Notes under the pieces: generated by a model
The model's input: only the letters and a program-made list of their open reading frames with translations
Told to the model about the DNA's origin: nothing
The model's database searches: none
NCBI RefSeq assembly: GCF_008000775.2
Contig: NZ_CP042905.2
Coordinates: 870,001-902,000, forward strand
DNA: 32,000 nt
Reading direction: 5' to 3'
Source of the DNA: Promethearchaeum syntrophicum
GTDB lineage: Archaea; Asgardarchaeota; Lokiarchaeia; Sigyniarchaeales; Promethearchaeaceae
Shown here: positions 26,012 to 32,000 of the stretch, piece by piece
How the letters are laid out: each line of letters starts with the position of its first letter
How positions within the stretch are numbered: position 1 is the first letter of the stretch
Program-made: the position numbers and the translations under genes

Positions 26012-27049
26012 ATGGAACCTTCACTTCGATGGATTGCTGAAAAAAATGTTATTGAAATGATAGATCAGACCAAGTTACCAGGCACCTTAACATATTTAGA
26101 GATATCTGATTACAGATCTGCTGCAAATTCTATAAAAAATATGAATATTAGGGGGGCTCCTGCAATTGGGGTTACAGCGGCATTGGGAATGGCTTTAGCT
26201 GCTATCGAATTTCAACACTTAGAGGTTGGAAAATTTAAAGTCGAAATGGAAAATGCAGCTCGAATAATTTCAAAATCGCGTCCAACTGCTGTAAATTTAA
26301 CATGGGCAGTTAAAAGAATTCAAAATTTGATTGAAAATAATTCTACATCTTCTCCAGACCTTACAAAATTAATTATTGCAGAAGGTCAAAAAATGTGGCA
26401 AGAAGATATCGATACCAATCGGGCTATGGGGAAACACGGAGCTACTTTGTTAATAGATGGAGATACAGTACTTACTCATTGTAATGCTGGATCTTTAGCA
26501 ACCGTGCAATATGGCACAGCGTTAGCTCCTATCAGATGGGCCATTGAAGAAGAAGGGAAAAAAATCCAAGTCATCGCAGATGAAACTCGGCCGAGATTAC
26601 AAGGAGCTAGATTAACTGCTTGGGAATTACATCAAGATAAAATTCCGATAAAAGTTGAAGCGGATAATAATGCAGGATTAATGATGCGAAAGGGAAAGAT
26701 AGATAAGGTAATCGTGGGTGCCGACCGCATTGTAAACGGAGTTGTTTTCAATAAAATTGGAACTTTTATGGTAGCTATGGCTGCAAAATATCATAACGTT
26801 CCAATGTATGTTGTCGCTCCAAAATCAACGCTATCTTTAAATGAAACGGAAAAAGACGTAATAATTGAGCAACGAAATGCTCAGTATGAAGTTGCTGAAA
26901 TTATGGGAAAAATTAAAGAACCGATTGTTCCTGAGGGTGTCGAATGTATTAATTATGCTTTCGACGCGACTCCTTTTGAACTAATCACAAAAATTATAAC
27001 CCAAGATGGTGTTTTTAGCCCAGAAGAATTGATTCAAAGATATAAATAA
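26012..27049 (+). CDS. mtnA: S-methyl-5-thioribose-1-phosphate isomerase-like protein (MtnA/eIF2B-alpha-like family)
   Basis: MNIRGAPAIGVTAALGMALA, LTHCNAGSLATVQYGTALAPIR, DETRPRLQGARLTAWELHQDKIP, VGADRIVNGVVFNKIGTFMVA, APKSTLSL. Confidence 0.93.
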   Translation: MEPSLRWIAEKNVIEMIDQTKLPGTLTYLEISDYRSAANSIKNMNIRGAPAIGVTAALGMALAAIEFQHLEVGKFKVEMENAARIISKSRPTAVNLTWAVKRIQNLIENNSTSSPDLTKLIIAEGQKMWQEDIDTNRAMGKHGATLLIDGDTVLTHCNAGSLATVQYGTALAPIRWAIEEEGKKIQVIADETRPRLQGARLTAWELHQDKIPIKVEADNNAGLMMRKGKIDKVIVGADRIVNGVVFNKIGTFMVAMAAKYHNVPMYVVAPKSTLSLNETEKDVIIEQRNAQYEVAEIMGKIKEPIVPEGVECINYAFDATPFELITKIITQDGVFSPEELIQRYK

Positions 27050-27068
27050 TATTAGTATTTATTTTGAA

Positions 27069-27923
27069 TTATTCTTGAGTTTTTTTTCGTTCTTTCTTCG
27101 GTGGTCTGCTCTGGGGTCTATTTCCGTCTCTTCTCGAAGGGTTATATCCTTCTTTTCTAGGTGGTCTGCTCTGGGGTCTATTTCCGTCTCTTCTCGAAGT
27201 GTTATATCCTTCTTTTCTAGGTGGTCGACTCCCGGGTCTATTTCCGTCTCTTCTCGAAGTGTTATATCCTTCTTTTCTAGGTGGTCGACTCCCGGGTCTA
27301 CTTCCATCGTTTCTCTTAAAATATTTTCCATCTCTCCTTTGAAGAGGTTTTCCATCTCTTCTTCGAGTAGGTGGGCCAGCTCCTCCATCTCTTCTTGGAG
27401 TTCTTGGCCCTTCTCTTTTAGGCTTCTTATTTTCCTCTCCTTTTGGAGTTTGTTTTTCTTTTCTTATCGGAGTTTGGTGTTCTTCTTTCCCATGATAGTG
27501 ATTTTTTTCTTTTTTTGAGAAGGTTTTTCTATTTTTTTTCGGAAGGGGTTTATTAATATTAGGATTTAATGAAGCGGGAAAATTTTGCGCTTTGAAAATT
27601 ATGGCATTCATTCTACGAATATCTTTTGGCAAATTAAGTTCAGGAATCAGCTGATTTGAAATTATGAATTCAAAATTGTTAATGGTGAGAATATAAGCAT
27701 GTAATTCTTTCTGGATCAATTTAATTAAAAAATCTTCAGATTGATTCAACGCGCATTCTGGCGTAAATTGGATTTTAATAACCTTTTTTTCTTTTAAACT
27801 GGAAATAATTTTAAAATATTCTTCAGAATTAAGAATTTCAGGGGTTAAAACGATTAATGGTTGTTCTTTACGAACATTTACAAATAATTCAAGCATATAG
27901 TACCAAGTAAAACAAACTTCCAA
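27069..27923 (-). CDS. Basic protein with ~125-aa N-terminal domain and disordered Arg/Lys/Pro-rich tail with 20-aa tandem repeats
   Basis: C-terminal repeats RPGSRPPRKEGYNTSRRDGN / RPQSRPPRKEGYNPSRRDGN; likely start M at 27896. Confidence 0.7.
   Translation of the reverse strand: MEVCFTWYYMLELFVNVRKEQPLIVLTPEILNSEEYFKIISSLKEKKVIKIQFTPECALNQSEDFLIKLIQKELHAYILTINNFEFIISNQLIPELNLPKDIRRMNAIIFKAQNFPASLNPNINKPLPKKNRKTFSKKEKNHYHGKEEHQTPIRKEKQTPKGEENKKPKREGPRTPRRDGGAGPPTRRRDGKPLQRRDGKYFKRNDGSRPGSRPPRKEGYNTSRRDGNRPGSRPPRKEGYNTSRRDGNRPQSRPPRKEGYNPSRRDGNRPQSRPPKKERKKTQE
27100..27300. repeat. 60-bp tandem repeat, three full copies (27100, 27160, 27220) plus partial fourth from 27280
   Basis: GGTGGTCTGCTCTGGGGTCTATTTCCGTCTCTTCTCGAAGGGTTATATCCTTCTTTTCTA, near-identical at exact 60-bp spacing. 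Confidence 0.95.
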
Positions 27924-28050
27924 AATGGTTAAATTTTCCGTTTTTAAAGAAATCTAATAAAAAATCTCCATAAGGGTATAAATATGGACAAGATGAGAAA
28001 CCGGGGACTAATTAATTATTAAATAATATAATGTAATTTTAGAGAATTCA

Positions 28051-28539
28051 TTAATTTTTAATGCCACCTTGTTTTCCGGTAATATTGTCTATGTGAATTT
28101 TTCCGATATTTACGTTTTTCAAAGCTTTTTCATTAATGAACTTGACTCGAACTGGTTCGGGTTCTTCCTCAAATTTTTCTATCATTAACTCTAAAGCTCG
28201 TTGTTTTTCTTTTAGATCTTCAATAAATTGAAAATTTCCTTTAAAATGAAGTGTTCGGTATTTATAATCACATTCTCCTTTTAAATATCCTCCGTCCTCC
28301 ATAATCTGGCCCCAAACATGTGAATTATTTGTTATATATTCATTTTTTTTTCCCGAGTTTGCACAATGGATATAAAAACTCTCGTTTTTCTGATCATAAA
28401 CATAATTCAAAGTCACTAAGTATGGTTTATTATCATTACAGAGAGCTATTGTGAGATAGGGGTTTTCATTTAATATCTTTGTAATGATCTTTTCGTCTTT
28501 TATCGATTTTTCAGATCTTCGTAAGTGATATTCCTTCAT
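28051..28539 (-). CDS. Pyridoxamine 5'-phosphate oxidase-like/NimA-like flavoprotein
   Basis: KILNENPYLTIALCNDNKPYLVTLNYVYDQKNESFYIHCANSGKKNEYITNNSHVWGQI. Confidence 0.88.
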   Translation of the reverse strand: MKEYHLRRSEKSIKDEKIITKILNENPYLTIALCNDNKPYLVTLNYVYDQKNESFYIHCANSGKKNEYITNNSHVWGQIMEDGGYLKGECDYKYRTLHFKGNFQFIEDLKEKQRALELMIEKFEEEPEPVRVKFINEKALKNVNIGKIHIDNITGKQGGIKN

Positions 28540-28622
28540 CGTACGATCTTAAATTTCATTTAATCAATAAAATTTGTTTCGATTGCAATTAATAAAAAAT
28601 TAAAATGAATAAAAAAAACATT

Positions 28623-28799
28623 TTAGTAAGTAGTTTTTGACCACTCATGGTTACATTTTCCGCAAATAAGTTTCTTTGGGTATACCGGGGTTCCTTGCAT
28701 TGAATAGTACAAAGGTTTAAGGGATTTATCCTCAACTTCTTTGATTTTCCTACGCTCTTCATTTCCGCAATTCGGGCAGCGAAAAATTCTTGATGACAT
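28623..28799 (-). CDS. 58-aa zinc-ribbon protein (not in ORF track)
   Basis: Manual translation MSSRIFRCPNCGNEERRKIKEVEDKSLKPLYYSMQGTPVYPKKLICGKCNHEWSKTTY*, CxxC x~35 CxxC. Confidence 0.75.
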   Translation of the reverse strand: MSSRIFRCPNCGNEERRKIKEVEDKSLKPLYYSMQGTPVYPKKLICGKCNHEWSKTTY

Positions 28800-28824
28800 A
28801 ATAATTTTTTTAATCTTTTCTATC

Positions 28825-29535
28825 CTAAAGAGTTAATTGATATCCCACAAAGACACTGGAAGTTGTGAAAGTAGGTTCATTTTGGAATTTTTCTATGTGT
28901 TGAGTGCAGTGCCCCATGTGCAAATTAGATACATTCGTTTTTTTAATTAAATAATCGATATCTTTAAATCCATGAAAACCACCCAATATTACTTTAACAT
29001 CTCCAAATTTTCTTGAGCTTTCGATAAAAGATGCAATCCCCGGATGAGAACATCCGACAATCATTATTGTTTCATCGTTTTTTCCATATTTTATTAACAA
29101 AGCTTGTTCCCCCACGGGTTTGAATGTTCCCGTACTTGCAATATTTTGAGAAAGTCTTGTTAAAATTTCAAAATTCTTCATTCGTTTAACATAAGGCTCT
29201 TTTAAATACCGTTCAATTTCCTTAGGTTGAACTTTTGAAAATTCATCAGGAATATATATATCGGGATTGTCGGTAACTTCTAAAACATGAGTTAAACCTC
29301 CCATATGGTCCCAATGAGCATGAGAGATTATAATTGCATCTAAATCCTTTAATGATACGTTTAGAATTTTGCAGTTATTTAGCAGTATTGATCCATGCCA
29401 GCCCGTATCAAATAAAATTTTTTTACCTTCAAATTCCAAATACGCTGAAAACCCATGTGCGATTTCCAAACTTGAATTAGTGGGATTTTTATGATTTTCA
29501 TATAATACTGTTATTCTTAACATGCTTAAATTCAA
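28825..29535 (-). CDS. Metallo-beta-lactamase fold hydrolase (ribofuranosylaminobenzene 5'-phosphate synthase-like group)
   Basis: AHGFSAYLEFEGKKILFDTGWHGSILLNNCKIL...IISHAHWDHMGGL...MIVGCSHPGIASFI...VILGGFHGF. Confidence 0.92.
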   Translation of the reverse strand: MNLSMLRITVLYENHKNPTNSSLEIAHGFSAYLEFEGKKILFDTGWHGSILLNNCKILNVSLKDLDAIIISHAHWDHMGGLTHVLEVTDNPDIYIPDEFSKVQPKEIERYLKEPYVKRMKNFEILTRLSQNIASTGTFKPVGEQALLIKYGKNDETIMIVGCSHPGIASFIESSRKFGDVKVILGGFHGFKDIDYLIKKTNVSNLHMGHCTQHIEKFQNEPTFTTSSVFVGYQLTL

Positions 29536-29537
29536 CT

Positions 29538-30131
29538 TTAATCTTCATATTTCTTTTTATTTCTGCGTTTTATAAAGAAATAACTTAAATATCCAACAAT
29601 AAATAAACTAAATAACCCAATGAAGACATAATCCCCCAAATCAAATACTCCATCTAAAAAGACTTCAGCAGTAGATATAACCATAATAAAAACCATGCCA
29701 ATCCCTTCTAAAATTTCCCAAATCTTCGTTTTTTTGTTCTTTTTCTTTTTTTCTTCTAGAGAGCCATTAATCTTAGCTTGTAAGCACATGATACACAATT
29801 TTTCGGTGGAATATTTTTGGAGCAGAAAATTATGAAATGAGAGAGGCATACTACAAACACTGCATTTAGGTTTTAGAATTTTATATCTTCTACTATTTTG
29901 TTTAATTTCTTCTTTTGGAAAAGGACATTGGCCAGTTATATAATGTTTACAGTCCATACATGCAATTTTATTTAACTTGCGGATTTGTCTAAAAGATACT
30001 CTCTTTGGATCTGAAGATAATGACAATATTATTTTCTCTTTTTCAGAATCTTGATATTCCAAAGATTCACAACTCCATAAATTATATCGATTTTTCCCCC
30101 ACTTCGGAATAATTTTCGAGTACTGATTCAT
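29538..30131 (-). CDS. Cys-rich protein with two predicted C-terminal TM helices
   Basis: CMDCKHYITGQCPFPKEE, CSVCSMPLSFHNFLLQKYSTEKLCIMC-type Cys pairs, then two hydrophobic segments. Confidence 0.6.
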   Translation of the reverse strand: MNQYSKIIPKWGKNRYNLWSCESLEYQDSEKEKIILSLSSDPKRVSFRQIRKLNKIACMDCKHYITGQCPFPKEEIKQNSRRYKILKPKCSVCSMPLSFHNFLLQKYSTEKLCIMCLQAKINGSLEEKKKKNKKTKIWEILEGIGMVFIMVISTAEVFLDGVFDLGDYVFIGLFSLFIVGYLSYFFIKRRNKKKYED

Positions 30132-30264
30132 TTCTAATTTTTAGTTAGTGGTTTTCTATTTAATTTTTTGTAGCGAAAAATTAATAGAGTTCATAAGTTT
30201 TTCCCTTGGTTTTTTTTTAATTTTGAATAATAAAAGATAAATAACTTTTCCAACTTTCTCAAGT

Positions 30265-31452
30265 GTGTTACCCCCCTTCGTAAGTTTCATCATCATCTTG
30301 ATACTCATACTAGTTTTTTCAAAATATGAACTTGGAATAATATTACTCATAGGAGCAATATTATTTGGGTTATTAGCAGAGGTTGATCTTTTTACAGTAT
30401 TTGCTAATGTATTTTTAGATCCTTCCGTAATTTTACTCGCAATTGCCGTTACCCTTATTCCAATCTTAGGTGCAATAATGGAAGAATCTAAAATGATGCT
30501 GGAACTTATAGAGAAATTAAATATTTCAAAAAAATCTGCTTTAATGCTATCTCCTGCCTTATTTGGGCTTCTTCCGGTTGCAGGGGGTGCATTAATGAGT
30601 GCTCCTATTGTAGATCAAGTTGACAATGAGTTAGATGTTAATAAAAAAGTGGCAATTAATGTATGGTTTCGGCATGTTTTTATCCTAATTTATCCCTTGG
30701 CTTCAACAATTATTGTTTCAAGCGTTTTAACACAAATTCCCCTCTATACAATCGTACTTGTTATGCTTGTTCCATTTTTCTTGATGACTCTCCTAGGATA
30801 TATATTTTTAATCAGATCTATACCAAAAACAGAAAAACATAATCATCGGGATCTTAAACGTGCATTTAGAAATTTCATTCCTATCATTATCGCACCTATT
30901 ATCGATTTAATCGGTAGAAGTATTTGGAAGGAATTTGAATATGAAGAAATATTTTTGGTTATTGGATTATTTATAAGTCTTATTATTGGTTTACGATTCG
31001 CAGATTATGGCTTAAAAAGTTTGTTTACATTTGCTAAGAAAATGAAAGTATGGCGATTTCCTTTATTAATTATCGCAATGTTCTTGTTTTTGGAAGTTTT
31101 TATAGAATCAGGAGTTCCCGATCAAATAGCGTCTGTAGATTTACCCTTAATATTGTTTTTGATTTTAGCTTTTATATTAGGATTTGCTACTGGCCGGGCT
31201 CAATTACCCCTAACAATATTAATTCCGATCTACCTCACCCAATATGGGTTGACAGTATTTCCATTATTGGAATTTGCTTTACTCTATTCTGTAACATTTT
31301 TGGGTTATATTATTACTCCACTTCACCCGTGTGTCTCATATACTTATCAATATTTCAAAACTGACTATAAAAGTGCATTCAAATATCTGGCTTTACCTAC
31401 ATTTATTTCATTTGCAATAGCCTTACTTTTATCTCTAATTACATTTTTCTAA
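30265..31452 (+). CDS. DUF401-like polytopic membrane protein (GntP/citrate-type permease-like)
   Basis: ALMLSPALFGLLPVAGGALMSAPIVDQVDNELDVNKKVAINVWFRHVFILIYPLASTIIVSS; 10+ TM segments. Confidence 0.75.
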   Translation: MLPPFVSFIIILILILVFSKYELGIILLIGAILFGLLAEVDLFTVFANVFLDPSVILLAIAVTLIPILGAIMEESKMMLELIEKLNISKKSALMLSPALFGLLPVAGGALMSAPIVDQVDNELDVNKKVAINVWFRHVFILIYPLASTIIVSSVLTQIPLYTIVLVMLVPFFLMTLLGYIFLIRSIPKTEKHNHRDLKRAFRNFIPIIIAPIIDLIGRSIWKEFEYEEIFLVIGLFISLIIGLRFADYGLKSLFTFAKKMKVWRFPLLIIAMFLFLEVFIESGVPDQIASVDLPLILFLILAFILGFATGRAQLPLTILIPIYLTQYGLTVFPLLEFALLYSVTFLGYIITPLHPCVSYTYQYFKTDYKSAFKYLALPTFISFAIALLLSLITFF

Positions 31453-31536
31453 TTACATTTCTTTTTTAAGTAAGTAAATTAAAAGATTTAAATAAGGAAA
31501 AAATTTCAATATGTTAATTACCCCGTGGTCGTAATT

Positions 31537-31896
31537 ATGCCTCCTACAAAAAAAAAATCGACTCAAAAAAAACGAACTAGTGGAAAACGTTCAAACTGGA
31601 AAAATCTCAAGCGAGATTCTCGAGGTCGATGGATTTCATCAAAAATAACCAAAACAACAATTGTTAAGAAAAAAAAATTTCCCAAAAAGGATTTAAAGAA
31701 GAAATCTAGTGATATTAAAGAGGAAAAAAAAGTAACTAAAATTCTAAGTCAAATGGAGCAAAATTTTGCAGTCGATTGTCCACGGTGTTCCGGCGATTTA
31801 AAACGTGTTAGAATTCGGTGCGGACCTGATCGATTAATTACTGTAAATAAATGTATTATTTGTAACTATTGGATACCATTAAGTGAAGATAAATAA
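31537..31896 (+). CDS. Lys-rich small protein with C-terminal zinc ribbon (MPPTKKKS... start; track start 31525 is GTG)
   Basis: FAVDCPRCSGDLKRVRIRCGPDRLITVNKCIICNYWIPL. Confidence 0.6.
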   Translation: MPPTKKKSTQKKRTSGKRSNWKNLKRDSRGRWISSKITKTTIVKKKKFPKKDLKKKSSDIKEEKKVTKILSQMEQNFAVDCPRCSGDLKRVRIRCGPDRLITVNKCIICNYWIPLSEDK

Positions 31897-31897
31897 A

Positions 31898-32000
31898 TCA
31901 AAGTGAATCATCCAAAAAGGGTTCCAGATCCGGATGATTTTGCCCTCCTTCTAAGAATTTCTTTGCATTATTAACATAAGCTATGGCAGCTTGTTCATTT
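31898..32000 (-). CDS. C-terminal fragment of an unidentified CDS entering from the right edge
   Basis: Minus-strand open frame ...NEQAAIAYVNNAKKFLEGGQNHPDLEPFLDDSL* with stop at 31898..31900. Confidence 0.45.
   Translation of the reverse strand, partial: NEQAAIAYVNNAKKFLEGGQNHPDLEPFLDDSL

Noticed and set aside
27100-27300. Possible CRISPR-like array
   Set aside because: Contiguous 60-bp tandem units without unique spacers, and the repeats are coding.
27059-27518. ORFs 27059..27388 (-) and 27075..27518 (+)
   Set aside because: Open only because the 60-bp in-frame repeat lacks stops in several frames; low-complexity products. The 27069..27923 minus frame has a plausible folded N-terminal domain.
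31050-31364. Plus-strand 104-aa ORF inside the DUF401-like gene
   Set aside because: Alternative frame of a clear polytopic membrane protein.

Overview
A 32 kb AT-rich archaeal segment. A Rab/Ras-like small GTPase, intron-containing tRNAs and modules resembling longin/roadblock folds make an Asgard (Promethearchaeota/Lokiarchaeia-like) origin plausible, but this is inference. Supported content: a NitT/TauT-type ABC permease (cut by the left edge) and its substrate-binding protein flanking a ribbon-helix-helix (RHH) regulator gene; three MFS transporters; a hybrid two-component-like protein with no visible ATPase domain; two intron-bearing tRNA genes, one apparently with a second intron in the T-loop; a complete 1477-bp insertion sequence with TIRs and a 6-bp target duplication; an M42 aminopeptidase; an RHH + retropepsin-like protease pair next to a HIRAN protein; CBS and double zinc-ribbon membrane proteins; ArsR regulator/MFS; SDR; ATP-grasp ligase; small GTPase; transglutaminase-like protein; MtnA; a repeat-tailed basic protein; PPOX-like flavoprotein; MBL-fold hydrolase; DUF401-like permease. 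There is no CRISPR array or recognisable defence island. The best leads for something undescribed are (i) a longin/roadblock-like module apparently shared by an MFS transporter and a DHp-REC protein, (ii) the RHH/aspartyl-protease pair with its palindromic operator candidate, (iii) the T-loop intron in tRNA(CAU), and (iv) a 10-bp-arm palindrome beside the RHH gene in the ABC transporter locus.
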